Shown here: piece after piece, positions 1 to 9,645 of the stretch
How the letters are laid out: each line of letters opens with the position of its first letter
Numbering within the stretch: the stretch's first letter is position 1
From: Rhodospirillales bacterium
GTDB lineage: Bacteria > Acidobacteriota > Terriglobia > Bryobacterales > Bryobacteraceae
Direction of reading: 5' to 3'
DNA length: 64,000 nucleotides
Assembly: GCA_050261015.1 (NCBI GenBank)
Contig: JBLNCW010000003.1
Span: 12,295 to 76,294, forward strand
The notes under the pieces: generated by a model
Database searches by the model: none
Seen by the model: only the letters and a program-made list of their open reading frames with translations
What the model was told of the DNA's origin: nothing
Translations under genes and position numbers: made by a program

Positions 1-193
1 CGGGTTGTACGAAGTCAGCGACAAGGGCACGAGCTGGCTGGCGCCGCTGATTTTCGGGCTGGCGCTCCAGCTCACGCAGAGCTACCGCCTGGCGATCCTT
101 TCGCTGGTCGTGTTTTTCATCTCGGGCATGGCGGTGCTGGCGCGCGTCGATGTGCGCCGCGGCGCGCTGGACGCCGGCAACCAGCCGGTCTGA
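1..193 (+). CDS. C-terminal fragment of a membrane transporter (MFS-like); 5' end lies outside the window
   Basis: The reading frame is open to the window edge. Two hydrophobic helices (WLAPLIFGLALQL, LAILSLVVFFISGMAVL) are followed by a short polar tail. The family call is weak. Confidence 0.4.
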   Translation, partial: GLYEVSDKGTSWLAPLIFGLALQLTQSYRLAILSLVVFFISGMAVLARVDVRRGALDAGNQPV

Positions 194-249
194 CCGGAGC
201 GCGGCGCCCCGGCTGCGCTCTGATAGAATATTGGCCGGACACCTCCCTT

Positions 250-1452
250 ATGGATTCACGTCGCAGGTTTATCGGGAAGATGACCGGAGGCATCGCCGGA
301 AGCATCGCGGCGCCCCCGGTAGTACTAGGCGCAAACGACCGCATCCGGCTGGGCCTCATCGGCGCCGGCGACCGCGGCATGCAGATCGCGCGCGAGGCGC
401 TCGCGTGCCCGAACACCGAGTTCGTTGGATTTGCGGACGTCTACACGAGGCGGCTTGAAGAGGCGAAAAAGCTGGCTCCGGAAGCGAAGACTTACTTCGA
501 TTACCGCTATTTGCTCGATGACAAGAGCATCGACGCCGTCCTGATCGCCTCGCCGCAGCACCTGCATTGCGAGCACTTCTGCGCCTCAATCGACGCCGGC
601 AAGCACGTCTACCAGGAAAAGACGATGGCCTTCACCGTCGAGCACGCCAAGCGCATGCGGGCGGCCTTCCAGCGGGCCGGCAAGCGCACCGTGCAGATCG
701 GCCATCAAGCCTGCACCTCCGGCCAGATGACGGATGCCATGAGGATCCTGGCCACCGGGTACGTGGGGAAGATCACCGCCATCCACGCGCACATGTACCG
801 CAACACGCCGCACGGCAAACCGCAGTGGAGCCGGCCCGTGTACCCGGACATGACCCCCGAAAACATCATCTGGAGCGCGTTCCTGGGCGAAGCGCCCAAG
901 CGTCCTTTCGACGCCAACCGTTATTTGAACTGGCGCTTTTTCTGGGACTATTCCGGCGGCAATTTCTACGAGAACATGTGCCACCAGGTGGCGTTCTGGT
1001 ACAAGGCGCTCGGGCTGCAAATTCCCAAAGCCGTCACCACCGTGGGCGGAATCTATCTGTGGAAGGACGGCCGCGAAGTTCCGGACACAATGAACGTGGC
1101 GATGGAACAGCCCGAGGAGATGCTGTTCACCTGGGATTCGGGGTTCGGCAACAATCACTATGGCGTAACGGAAGACGTGCTCGGAACGGACGGCACCATC
1201 TCCAAGGGCCAGCAGATCCGTTACTTCCCCCAGAAGGTGAACCGCCCGGACGGCACCGAGATGGTGGGCCAGACACCGACCCCGCGGCACGCGCACATGC
1301 AGAACTTCCTGGATTGCATACGGTCGGGTCAGGAACCGAACTGCCCGTTCGAACTGGGCTACCGCGTCACGATCGCCACCCGGATGGCGGTGGAGAGTTA
1401 CCGGCAGAAAAGGACCGTCCGCTGGGATCCCGCTAGCGAAGAAATCGTCTAA
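250..1452 (+). CDS. Gfo/Idh/MocA-family oxidoreductase with twin-arginine (Tat) signal
   Basis: 400-aa ORF. The N-terminus SRRRFIGKMTGGIAGSIAA is a Tat motif. It has a Rossmann motif LGLIGAGDRG and the family-typical HVYQEKTMAF block. Confidence 0.85.
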   Translation: MDSRRRFIGKMTGGIAGSIAAPPVVLGANDRIRLGLIGAGDRGMQIAREALACPNTEFVGFADVYTRRLEEAKKLAPEAKTYFDYRYLLDDKSIDAVLIASPQHLHCEHFCASIDAGKHVYQEKTMAFTVEHAKRMRAAFQRAGKRTVQIGHQACTSGQMTDAMRILATGYVGKITAIHAHMYRNTPHGKPQWSRPVYPDMTPENIIWSAFLGEAPKRPFDANRYLNWRFFWDYSGGNFYENMCHQVAFWYKALGLQIPKAVTTVGGIYLWKDGREVPDTMNVAMEQPEEMLFTWDSGFGNNHYGVTEDVLGTDGTISKGQQIRYFPQKVNRPDGTEMVGQTPTPRHAHMQNFLDCIRSGQEPNCPFELGYRVTIATRMAVESYRQKRTVRWDPASEEIV

Positions 1453-1458
1453 AACTGG

Positions 1459-2601
1459 ATGGATTTCGAGTACACCGCCGAGCAGCTTCAGCTCCGCAAG
1501 TCGGTGCGTGAATTCGCCGAGGCGGAAATCGCTCCCCACGTACTCGAATGGGATGAAACGCAGACCTTCCCCCGCGAGGCCATCCGCAAGCTCGCGGCGC
1601 TCGGCTACATGGGCGCGATTTTTCCAGAAGAACTGGGCGGAGCGGGCCTCGGCTACATCGAGTATTCGATCATCATCGAGGAACTGGCGCGCGTGGATCC
1701 CTCGGTTTCGTTGATCGTGGCCGCCCACACCTCGCTTTGCGCCAATCATATTCACAAGGCGGGGACGGAGGAGCAGCGGTGGCGGTACGTTCCGAAACTG
1801 GCAAGCGGCGAGTGGCTGGGCTGCTGGTCGTTGACCGAACCCGAGGCCGGTTCGGACGCCGCCGGCACGCGCTCCAACGCCGTGCGTGACGGGGACTGCT
1901 GGGTGCTCAACGGCTCGAAGACATTCACCACGAACGCGCACGAAGCCGATGTCTGCGTTGCGATGGCTGTGACGGACCGCGCCGCCTCCCACCACGGCAT
2001 CTCGGCCTTTATCATAGAAGCCGGCACGCCGGGCTTCCGCCTGGGGCGCAAGGAAAACAAGCTGGGCATGCGGGCCAGCCCCACCGGTGAAGTCATTTTC
2101 GAGAACTGCCGGCTAGCGGCTTCGCAACTGCTCGGCAAGCCCGGGGAGGGATTCATCGACAGCCTGAGAATCCTCGACGGCGGCCGCATTTCCATCGCGG
2201 CGCTCTCGGTGGGCCTGGCCCAGGGCGCTTACGACATCGCGCTGAGCTACTCCAGGCAGCGCCGCCAGTTCGGCCGGCCGATTTCAGAATTCCAGGCCAT
2301 ACAGTTCAAGCTGGCCGACATGGCCGCATCGATCGAGGCCTCCCGGCTGCTGACCTACCGGGCCGCTTACCTCAAGGATCAGAACCGGCGCGTGACGCGC
2401 GAATCCGCCATCGCCAAGCTGTTCGCCTCCGAAGCCGCAGTAAAGGTGGCCGAGCAGGCAGTGCAGGTGCTCGGCGGGTACGGTTTCATCAAGGATTACC
2501 GGGTGGAGAAGTTCTACCGCGACGTGAAGCTGTGTACCATCGGGGAAGGCACCAGCGAGATCCAGCGCCTGGTGATCGCGCGCCAGCTTCTCAAAGGTTG
2601 A
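1459..2601 (+). CDS. acyl-CoA dehydrogenase
   Basis: 380 aa. It carries [13 protein letters not shown] and the C-terminal ACAD signature [37 protein letters not shown]. Confidence 0.9.
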   Translation: MDFEYTAEQLQLRKSVREFAEAEIAPHVLEWDETQTFPREAIRKLAALGYMGAIFPEELGGAGLGYIEYSIIIEELARVDPSVSLIVAAHTSLCANHIHKAGTEEQRWRYVPKLASGEWLGCWSLTEPEAGSDAAGTRSNAVRDGDCWVLNGSKTFTTNAHEADVCVAMAVTDRAASHHGISAFIIEAGTPGFRLGRKENKLGMRASPTGEVIFENCRLAASQLLGKPGEGFIDSLRILDGGRISIAALSVGLAQGAYDIALSYSRQRRQFGRPISEFQAIQFKLADMAASIEASRLLTYRAAYLKDQNRRVTRESAIAKLFASEAAVKVAEQAVQVLGGYGFIKDYRVEKFYRDVKLCTIGEGTSEIQRLVIARQLLKG

Positions 2602-2602
2602 C

Positions 2603-3511
2603 ATGTCCAAGTGGGCGGAAATGATCGTTGCCGGAGATGTCCGCGCGCTTGCCCGCGCCGCCACCGCGGTGGAGAACCGCCGGCCTGAAGCCGTCCCGCT
2701 CATGCAGGAGCTGTTCCCGCGCACCGGCCGCGCGCTGCTCGCGGGCATCACCGGGCCGCCCGGCGCGGGCAAGAGCACGCTGGTCGATCAACTGGCGAAA
2801 GCGCTGCGAGGCCAGAACCGGCAGGTGGGCATTCTCGCCGTCGACCCAACGAGCCCGTACTCCGGCGGCGCGATTCTGGGCGACCGCATACGCATGCAGC
2901 AGCACCACGCCGACCCCGGCGTGTTCATCCGCTCAATGGCCTCCCGCGGCTCGCTCGGCGGCATTGCCCCGGCGACGCTGGATCTGGCGCTGCTGCTCGA
3001 TGCCGCGGGCAAGGACGTGGTGCTGATCGAGACGGTCGGGGTGGGCCAGGACGAAGTCGAGGTCGCGCAGCTCGCCGACGTCACGATCGTCGTGCTGGTG
3101 CCCGGAATGGGTGATGATGTGCAGGCGATCAAAGCAGGTATCATGGAAATCGCCGACATCTTCGTCATCAACAAAGCCGATCGCCCGGGAGCCGGCGCTC
3201 TGGAACGCGAAACGCAAGCGCTCGTGGAGATGGCCGGGCAGAACGGAAACTGGCGCCCGCCGGTCCTCAAAGCGGTTGCGACCGAAGGGCGCGGAATCGG
3301 CGAGATCCTGGATGCGGTGCGGAAGTTCCAGGAGTCCGGCGGGCGGGCGAATCGCCGCGCGGATTTGTGGCGGATGCGCCTGCGCGAGATGCTGCGGGAG
3401 CGCCTGCTGGAGCGGCTGCCCGAGGAAGAACTCGAAGCCGCTGCGCGGAATGTTGCAGCGCGCATCCGCGATCCCTATTCCGTCATCGAGGAGTGGCTTA
3501 GGCGGATGTAG
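2603..3511 (+). CDS. meaB: methylmalonyl-CoA mutase-associated G3E GTPase (MeaB/ArgK family)
   Basis: P-loop GITGPPGAGKST, ETVGVGQ switch motif and NKADR (NKxD). The start lies 2 nt after the ACAD stop. Confidence 0.88.
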   Translation: MSKWAEMIVAGDVRALARAATAVENRRPEAVPLMQELFPRTGRALLAGITGPPGAGKSTLVDQLAKALRGQNRQVGILAVDPTSPYSGGAILGDRIRMQQHHADPGVFIRSMASRGSLGGIAPATLDLALLLDAAGKDVVLIETVGVGQDEVEVAQLADVTIVVLVPGMGDDVQAIKAGIMEIADIFVINKADRPGAGALERETQALVEMAGQNGNWRPPVLKAVATEGRGIGEILDAVRKFQESGGRANRRADLWRMRLREMLRERLLERLPEEELEAAARNVAARIRDPYSVIEEWLRRM

Positions 3512-3560
3512 CGCCGGACGCGCGGCAGGCCGGAACGTAATTCATAATACGGAGCGCACA

Positions 3561-4418
3561 TTGAAAGCACAGATCGGAATCATCGGTGGAAGCGGGCTTT
3601 ATTCGATGCCCGGATTCGAGTTTCAGCAGGAGGTCGCGATTGATACTCCCTGGGGCCGCCCCTCGGACAACTACATGGTCGGCCAGATGGAAGGCAGAAG
3701 CGTGGCCTTTCTGGCGCGTCACGGCCGCGGCCACCGCATTTCGCCTTCGGAGTTGAACTTCCGGGCCAATATTTACGGTTTCAAGGCGATGGGCGTCGAG
3801 CGCATTATTTCTCTCAGCGCGGTCGGCTCGCTCAAGGAGGAACACGCGCCGCTCGATTTCGTCATCCCGGACCAGTTCTTCGACCGCACCAAGGCCCGCC
3901 CGTCGACGTTTTTCGGCGAGGGCCTGGTGGTCCACATCAGCTTTTCCGACCCCATCTGCCCGCAGATGTCCCAGGTGGTCTACCAGGCTTGCCTCGCCGA
4001 ACAGGTGAGAGCGAAGCTCGGCGGAACCTACGTGTGTATGGAAGGCCCGCAGTTCTCGACCAAGGCGGAGTCCAACTTTTACCGCAGCCTGAGCATGGAC
4101 GTGATCGGGATGACCAACCTGCAGGAAGCCAAGCTCGCGCGCGAGGCCGAGATCTGCTACGTGACAATCGCGATGGTGACGGATTACGACTGCTGGCATC
4201 CGGATCACGACGCTGTGACGGTGAGCCAGATCGTCAGCAACCTGACCCGGAACGCCGAGAACGCCTGCAAGGTGGTGAAGCGCGCGGTGGCGCAGTTGCC
4301 GGACGCGCGGGAGTGCAAGTGCGGCTCAGCGCTCGCCCACGCCATCATCACGGATCGTACGACGGTCCCCGAACTCACTCGAAAGAAGCTGGAACTGCTT
4401 GTCGGAAAATATCTTTGA
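3561..4418 (+). CDS. mtnP: S-methyl-5'-thioadenosine phosphorylase
   Basis: Motifs IGIIGGSGLY, FLARHGRGHRISPSELNFRANI and GMTNLQEAKLAREAEICY. The 435-aa track ORF (3111..) overlaps meaB and has no in-frame ATG near the conserved N-terminus. I place the start at the in-frame TTG at 3561. Confidence 0.85.
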   Translation: MKAQIGIIGGSGLYSMPGFEFQQEVAIDTPWGRPSDNYMVGQMEGRSVAFLARHGRGHRISPSELNFRANIYGFKAMGVERIISLSAVGSLKEEHAPLDFVIPDQFFDRTKARPSTFFGEGLVVHISFSDPICPQMSQVVYQACLAEQVRAKLGGTYVCMEGPQFSTKAESNFYRSLSMDVIGMTNLQEAKLAREAEICYVTIAMVTDYDCWHPDHDAVTVSQIVSNLTRNAENACKVVKRAVAQLPDARECKCGSALAHAIITDRTTVPELTRKKLELLVGKYL

Positions 4419-5595
4419 GATTGCCAGGAGAATACGGGACTGCGCCATCCGCGGCGAAGCGTGGACGGATGTCGATCTCGCCCGGCTGGCGGCGGAAGCC
4501 TCAAGCGATGAGGGCAGTTCAGCGCTGTTCGGCATTCTGGCCGAGGGGCTGAGCGATCTGTTCGAGCCGCGCCTGGTGGACGCCTACGCGCGCATCTTTT
4601 CGGAAGTGATCGCGGCAGCGCTCCCGCAGTACCGCGCCGAAGAGCTTCGCGCGCGTTACGGCCGCGTTCGCCGGCCGCGGCGGATCGAGGGGAATCCGCG
4701 AATTGTTTACGTGCTCTCGCGCGTTACGCTCGGCGCGGACGTGGCGATCACCAGCGTGATGCTCGACGCGGCCCGGCGGCGTTTCCCCGAAGCGCGCATC
4801 GTGCTTGCGGGAAGCGAAAAGAGTTATGCCCTGTTCGCCGCCGACCCGCGCATCGATCATCTGCCGGTTTCTTACGTGCGCCGCGGCGCCCTGCGCGACC
4901 GGCTCGCGGCCTGCCCGCGCTTCGACGAGCTGGACAGCATCGTGATCGATCCCGACTCGCGCCTGACCCAGCTCGGCCTGATGCCGGTGTGCCCTGAGGA
5001 GAACTATTACTTTTTCGAGAGCCGCTCGTATGGCGGCGATACGGACGAGTCCCTCGGCATCCTGGCGCGCCGCTGGGCGGCCGAAGTGTTCGGAATCGCG
5101 GACGCGCGGGCTTTCATCTGCGCCGGAGAGGAGCCCGGGATCGCCGCTGACGTCGCCGTGAGCTTCGGAGTGGGAGAGAACCCGGCCAAGGGCATGCCGC
5201 ACCCCTTCGAGCAGCAACTGCTCGCGGCGCTTGCCGGACGCGGTCTGCGCATCGTGGTGGATTCCGGACCCGGCGGCGAGGAGGAAGAGCGCGTGCGGCG
5301 CGCGGCCGGCGCGTGCGGCGATTCCGTCCGGATATTCCGCGGGTCGTTCGCCGCCTTCGCCGGCATCATCGCGGCCAGCCGTCTCTATATCGGCTACGAT
5401 TCCGCGGGTCAGCATGCGGCCGCGGCTTGCGGCACACCGCTCATTACCGTATTCGCCGGCGCCCCCTGCCCTCGCTTCACCGCGCGCTGGCGTCCTACCG
5501 GTTCCGGACCGATGGAAATCATTCGGGTGGAAAATCGCGACCCCGCCGGCGTCCTCGCCCGGACGCTTGAAGTCGTGGACCGGCTGCTCGGCTAA
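4399..5595 (+). CDS. glycosyltransferase family 9 (heptosyltransferase-like)
   Basis: The C-terminal block LYIGYDSAGQHAAAACGTPLITVFAG matches the conserved GT9 donor-binding region. The TTG start overlaps the mtnP end by 20 nt, so the start is uncertain. Confidence 0.65.
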   Translation: MSENIFEIARRIRDCAIRGEAWTDVDLARLAAEASSDEGSSALFGILAEGLSDLFEPRLVDAYARIFSEVIAAALPQYRAEELRARYGRVRRPRRIEGNPRIVYVLSRVTLGADVAITSVMLDAARRRFPEARIVLAGSEKSYALFAADPRIDHLPVSYVRRGALRDRLAACPRFDELDSIVIDPDSRLTQLGLMPVCPEENYYFFESRSYGGDTDESLGILARRWAAEVFGIADARAFICAGEEPGIAADVAVSFGVGENPAKGMPHPFEQQLLAALAGRGLRIVVDSGPGGEEEERVRRAAGACGDSVRIFRGSFAAFAGIIAASRLYIGYDSAGQHAAAACGTPLITVFAGAPCPRFTARWRPTGSGPMEIIRVENRDPAGVLARTLEVVDRLLG

Positions 5596-6194
5596 CGCCC
5601 GTAGATCTCCCGCACTAGCCCGGCGATCTCTTCCGGAACCAGATGCTCCCACGCTTCGCCGCTTCGGATGCGCCGGCGGACCTCGGTGGCCGAGATTTCG
5701 TCGCACTCGGCCGGCACGGCAAGCGTGTGAATCCGCTCGCGCATCTCAGGCGGCGGCTCGTAAGCGCCTTTGCGCGGCGCGACCAGCAACTGGTACTCGC
5801 GCAGTTGTTCCAGGAACGCGTCCGGGCGGCCGTAATCCCAGTTCACAATGCGGTCGGCCGCGTCGCGCCCGCACAGGAAGTAGAGCTCGACGCCGGGACC
5901 GTACTCCGCGCGGCACTCGCGCGCAATCTCGATGAACAGCCCCCTCTCGCTGGCGGCGATCGAGAAGCGCGGCTCCTCGTCGATGGCGATTTCCAGCATG
6001 CGCACGCGGTCCGCGAAGCTCGCCCCTTCCCATTCCTTGTGCGGAAGCACGTGCGGGAGAACGAACAGGACTTCGTCCACCGCCGCCAGCGCGGCCCGCG
6101 CCAGGGCGAGGTGCGCGCGCGTGGGCGGATTGAAGGTCCCGGCCAGCACGCCGAGCTTTTGCGGAGTCACAGCGGCGCGGCGAAAGAAGTCCAT
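5592..6194 (-). CDS. nicotinate/nicotinamide-nucleotide adenylyltransferase-like cytidylyltransferase
   Basis: 200 aa. GTFNPPTRAHLAL resembles the (H/T)xGH nucleotidyltransferase motif, and the C-terminal ISATEVRRRI resembles the ISSTxIR motif of NadD. Confidence 0.6.
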   Translation of the reverse strand: MDFFRRAAVTPQKLGVLAGTFNPPTRAHLALARAALAAVDEVLFVLPHVLPHKEWEGASFADRVRMLEIAIDEEPRFSIAASERGLFIEIARECRAEYGPGVELYFLCGRDAADRIVNWDYGRPDAFLEQLREYQLLVAPRKGAYEPPPEMRERIHTLAVPAECDEISATEVRRRIRSGEAWEHLVPEEIAGLVREIYGR

Positions 6195-6230
6195 GAAGTT
6201 ATCCTATCCGCAACGTGTCATCCTATCGTT

Positions 6231-7322
6231 ATGCAGATTCGCAAGATTCGTGTGGCTCTCATCGGACAGGGTTTCATGGGCCGGGCGCACTCGAACGCAT
6301 TTGCTCAGGTAAAACATTTTTATAATGTTCCGTTTGATATAGAGCGGGCGGTAATTTGCGCTCGCGACCGCAGCCGTCTGGAAGTCACGGCCGCGACGTG
6401 GGGCTGGCGGGAAATCGAGACCGACTGGCGCGCCGTGGTGTCGCGCAAGGATATCGACCTGGTGGACGTGGCCGTCCCCAACGCCCTGCACGCGCCTATA
6501 TCCATCGCGGCTGCCGAGGCCGGCAAGATCATCCTGTGCGAGAAGCCGCTCGCCGTGTCCGCCGAAGAGGGCGCGCGAATGGTGGAGGCGGCGCGCGGCG
6601 TGCCCAACATGGTCTGGTTTAATTACCGCCGCGTGCCGGCGGTGGCATTTGCGCGCCGGCTGATCGAGGAGGGGCGCGTTGGCCGCGTGTTTCATTACCG
6701 TGCCGCCTACTTGCAGCAATCCGGCAACGACCCCACGCGCCCGCCGAGCTGGAAGACGCAACGGGCGCTGGCCGGCTCCGGCGTCATCGGCGATCTGCTC
6801 TCGCACTCCGTAGACACGGCGATGTGCCTGAACGGGCCTATCCGGGAGGTGACCGCGCTGACGGAAACCTTCGCGCCCGGGCGGGACGTCGACGATGCCG
6901 CGATCGCGCTCGCGCGCTTCGCCAACGGCAGCGTGGGTTCGCTCGAAGCCAGCAGGTACGGAGTCGGCTGCCGGAACAGAAACGCCTTCGAGATCCAGGG
7001 CGAGCGCGGCATGATCCGCTTCAACCTGGAGAACATGAACCACCTTGAGTTCTACGACGCCTGCGAGCCGCGGAACATCCAGGGCGCCCGCAGCATCCTG
7101 GTGACCGGGCCGGACCAGCCCTACGCCGGCGTGTTCTGGAAACCCGGGCATACCATCGGATACGAGCACACGTTCATCATTGCGCTCGGCGATTTCCTGA
7201 GTGCGCTGGCGAAAGGCGAGGAATATCATCCGAATTTCGCCGATGCGCAGCAGGTTCAGATGGTGCTTGAAGCCATTGAAAAATCGGCCCAGTCGGGCAA
7301 GTGGCTGCCTGCGTTACATTAG
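6231..7322 (+). CDS. Gfo/Idh/MocA-family oxidoreductase (cytoplasmic)
   Basis: The start MQIRKIRVALIGQGFMGRAHSNAF is a Rossmann motif, with CEKPLAV (the EKP motif). The upstream part of the 559-aa track ORF is antisense to the nadD-like gene and was rejected. Confidence 0.85.
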   Translation: MQIRKIRVALIGQGFMGRAHSNAFAQVKHFYNVPFDIERAVICARDRSRLEVTAATWGWREIETDWRAVVSRKDIDLVDVAVPNALHAPISIAAAEAGKIILCEKPLAVSAEEGARMVEAARGVPNMVWFNYRRVPAVAFARRLIEEGRVGRVFHYRAAYLQQSGNDPTRPPSWKTQRALAGSGVIGDLLSHSVDTAMCLNGPIREVTALTETFAPGRDVDDAAIALARFANGSVGSLEASRYGVGCRNRNAFEIQGERGMIRFNLENMNHLEFYDACEPRNIQGARSILVTGPDQPYAGVFWKPGHTIGYEHTFIIALGDFLSALAKGEEYHPNFADAQQVQMVLEAIEKSAQSGKWLPALH

Positions 7323-7330
7323 GAAGTGAA

Positions 7331-8005
7331 ATGTTCACCTGGATCTGCCCGAAGTGTGGGAAAGAAGTTCCGCCGTCTTATTCGGACTGCCCCACCTGCG
7401 ATGTAAAGGAGCAGTCCGCCCCGGAACAAGCGGCTTCCCCGCAAGCGGCTCCTCAGCAAGCGGGTTCTGCAGAAGCGGTTGCGCCGCCAAAGGCGCCCCA
7501 ACCGGCGCTTCGGGCACGGCCGCAGCGCCGCCGCGTTCCCGCCTGGCTCTTGACCATCGTGTCCGCGGCCGTATTCGTCGGCGTGGGTGTTGGAACTTTT
7601 ATGCTGTTCCGCGCTCCGCGGGAAGAGCCGGCCCAGGCCGCACAGGCTGCCGCGGCTGCCCCGGCGTTTGAAACCCCTGCGCTCCAGCAGGCGGCGGCGC
7701 AGATCAACCCCGCCTACCGGCACGTGGAACTGACCGGCCTGCGCCTGATGGAAGAAAAACGGAGGGTGTTTCTGCAGTTTGTGCTGGTGAACCATTCAGC
7801 GATGGACCTTGGCGATCTGTCTTCTAAGGTCGATATCAAGTCGATCAAAGCCGGCCCGGCGGACCCGCCCATTGGAACGTTCGAATTCAAGACTTCCCTC
7901 GGCCCCTACGAGGCGAAAAACCTCAAGGTGCCGGTCGACACCAAGCTGCGCGCCTACGAACTGCCGGACTGGCAGTTCCTCCGCGCGGAAATCAAGGGGC
8001 AGTAA
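7331..8005 (+). CDS. hypothetical zinc-ribbon membrane protein
   Basis: AGGAAG lies 5 nt upstream of the ATG. The N-terminus CPKCGKEVPPSYSDCPTC is a CxxC..CxxC ribbon. It is followed by a Pro/Ala/Gln-rich linker, one TM helix (WLLTIVSAAVFVGVGVGTFMLF) and a C-terminal globular part. Confidence 0.6.
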   Translation: MFTWICPKCGKEVPPSYSDCPTCDVKEQSAPEQAASPQAAPQQAGSAEAVAPPKAPQPALRARPQRRRVPAWLLTIVSAAVFVGVGVGTFMLFRAPREEPAQAAQAAAAAPAFETPALQQAAAQINPAYRHVELTGLRLMEEKRRVFLQFVLVNHSAMDLGDLSSKVDIKSIKAGPADPPIGTFEFKTSLGPYEAKNLKVPVDTKLRAYELPDWQFLRAEIKGQ

Positions 8006-8085
8006 GCGCCCCAGGCTTGTCCGTTTTGCCGCCCGCAACTCAGGCCCGGGGACGGGGTTCAATATAAGCAGGGGGGCATCCAGCC

Positions 8086-8700
8086 ATGCGGTTTCAGTGC
8101 AGCCTTGCCGCCGCGCTTCTAATCTGCGGAACGGCGTGTGCCCAGGTAATCCCAAGGGGAACGCACCTGCTCCTGCGGATGGTGAATTCCGTGAGCACGC
8201 GGACCGCGCAGGAGGGCGACTACGTTTACCTGCGGACGGCGAGTCCCATCACGGACGGAAACCGGATCGTCGTGCCGGTAGGCTCATACGTGCAAGGAGT
8301 CGTGGGCCACGTACAGCGAAGCGGCAGGGTGAAGGGGCGCGCGGCCCTCGGAATCCGGCTGGAAACACTCACTCTGCCCAGGGGCAAGGTGGTGCGGTTT
8401 TCGCCGCGCCTCGATTCCCTGGACCCGAATGAAACCGGCCAGCAGGTCGATCGCGGGCAGGAAGTAGTCAGGCAGGCCCCGGGCGTGGGCGGCGACACGG
8501 CGCAGATCGTGATTCTCGCCGGCAGCGGCGCGGCGCTCGGCGGCATTGCGGATCGCGGCTGGGAGGGAGCGGGCATCGGAGCGGGCGTGGGCGCCGGGGT
8601 CGGCATTGCTACCGTGCTGCTCACGCGCGGCCGCCCGGTCGAACTCCGGCGCGGCTCCACGCTTGACGTCGCGTTCGACCGGGCGGTGGAACTCCGTTAG
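8086..8700 (+). CDS. hypothetical secreted protein with C-terminal glycine-zipper segment
   Basis: Signal peptide MRFQCSLAAALLICGTACAQ. The C-terminal GIGAGVGAGVGIATVLL is glycine-zipper-like. I recognise no family. Confidence 0.55.
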   Translation: MRFQCSLAAALLICGTACAQVIPRGTHLLLRMVNSVSTRTAQEGDYVYLRTASPITDGNRIVVPVGSYVQGVVGHVQRSGRVKGRAALGIRLETLTLPRGKVVRFSPRLDSLDPNETGQQVDRGQEVVRQAPGVGGDTAQIVILAGSGAALGGIADRGWEGAGIGAGVGAGVGIATVLLTRGRPVELRRGSTLDVAFDRAVELR

Positions 8701-8711
8701 CGCGCGGGAGG

Positions 8712-9560
8712 CTAGGCGTCCAGCAGCTTCCGTGCGAATGACAGGTTGCGACGCAGGTCGTTCTCAATGTTGCCCGAAGGCGCCGAGGTCTCCAGCATGG
8801 CGTACCCCGTAAAGCCGATCTCGTTGATGGCCCGCATCACCGCGGGAAAATCGACTTTGCCTTCTCCCATGTATCCCCTGTCCTTGAAGTGGAACTGGCA
8901 GATGCGGTCCTTGCCGAGCCAGCGGATCTCCTTCGGCGCATCATACCCGCCCTGGTTGGTCGCGTTGCCGACGTCGTAGTAAACCTTGAGCGCATTCGAA
9001 CCGACGCGATCGAGCACGCGCGCGCTTGTTTCGGCCGGCAGCGTGTTCTCAAACCCCAGAATCACGCCCGCCTTCTCGGCCGCCGGCGCGAGTTCCTTGA
9101 GCGCAGCCGTTACGGCGTCCAGTTCCTGCTCATTCGTGTTAGCCAGCGCGCACTTGCCGAAGAACACCAGCATCAGAATCTGCGCGTCCAGTTTGCGCGT
9201 GATTTCGATGCCGTCGCTGACCCATTTCTTCGCCAGCTCGTCGTTCTTCAGGCAGTTGACGTGGAGGATGTCGAGGTAGGTGGCGCCGATCGGCATCTTG
9301 TGCCGCCTTGAGGCGGCGAAATACGCGCCCTGCAGGCCGGGGTTGGAGAGCGGCAGCTCGCCTCCGGGCCTCGCCCTGCCGATGGTGATCTGCAGCCCTT
9401 CAAAGCCGAGGGCGGCCGCCCGCTCCACGGCCTCTACTTTTCCCTCAAGCTTGAAGCAGCCGTCCATCACGCCTATGCGCAGTCCTGACTTCTTCCCGGC
9501 GGCATGGCCGCCAAGGGCCGCCGCCGCGGTGGCGGCGAGCATCGTTCTCCTGGTGAGCAT
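8712..9560 (-). CDS. sugar phosphate isomerase/epimerase (xylose isomerase-like TIM barrel), Tat signal
   Basis: The N-terminus TRRTMLAATAAAALGG is Tat-like. The body (ILGFENT..., FHFKD...GEG.VDF) is typical of the AP-endonuclease-2/xylose-isomerase-like fold. Confidence 0.75.
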   Translation of the reverse strand: MLTRRTMLAATAAAALGGHAAGKKSGLRIGVMDGCFKLEGKVEAVERAAALGFEGLQITIGRARPGGELPLSNPGLQGAYFAASRRHKMPIGATYLDILHVNCLKNDELAKKWVSDGIEITRKLDAQILMLVFFGKCALANTNEQELDAVTAALKELAPAAEKAGVILGFENTLPAETSARVLDRVGSNALKVYYDVGNATNQGGYDAPKEIRWLGKDRICQFHFKDRGYMGEGKVDFPAVMRAINEIGFTGYAMLETSAPSGNIENDLRRNLSFARKLLDA

Positions 9561-9645
9561 AGGAAGATTCTACAGCCAGGTTCCGGCGGTGCGCATCGCG
9601 CCGTGCGGAAAGCCGTACACTATATAGAAGACAAAGAGGAGCCAG

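Noticed and set aside
586-1995. 469-aa ORF antisense to the Gfo/Idh/MocA and acyl-CoA dehydrogenase genes.
   Set aside because: It lies opposite two motif-supported genes. Its translation is Arg/Gly/His/Ala-rich and low-complexity with no recognisable motifs. It is a typical high-GC antisense open frame.
3111-3560. N-terminal 150 codons of the 435-aa track ORF upstream of the MTA phosphorylase core.
   Set aside because: It overlaps the meaB 3' half in another frame and is Arg/Ser-rich. The conserved MTAP N-terminus (IGIIGGSGLY) begins right after the in-frame TTG at 3561.
4519-5706. 395-aa antisense ORF over the GT9 gene. Similar long antisense ORFs occur at 17040-17984, 22987-24198, 30043-31299, 39787-40752, 47237-48412, 49456-50724, 51913-53163, 54741-56063, 56038-57234, 58238-59923 and 61784-62875.
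   Set aside because: All of them mirror well-supported genes on the other strand. They have Arg/Pro/Gly/His-biased composition, no SD and no family motifs. I treat them as GC-driven spurious frames.
5643-6230. Upstream extension of the second Gfo/Idh/MocA ORF (559-aa track ORF).
   Set aside because: It is entirely antisense to the nadD-like gene. The Rossmann motif immediately follows ATG 6231.
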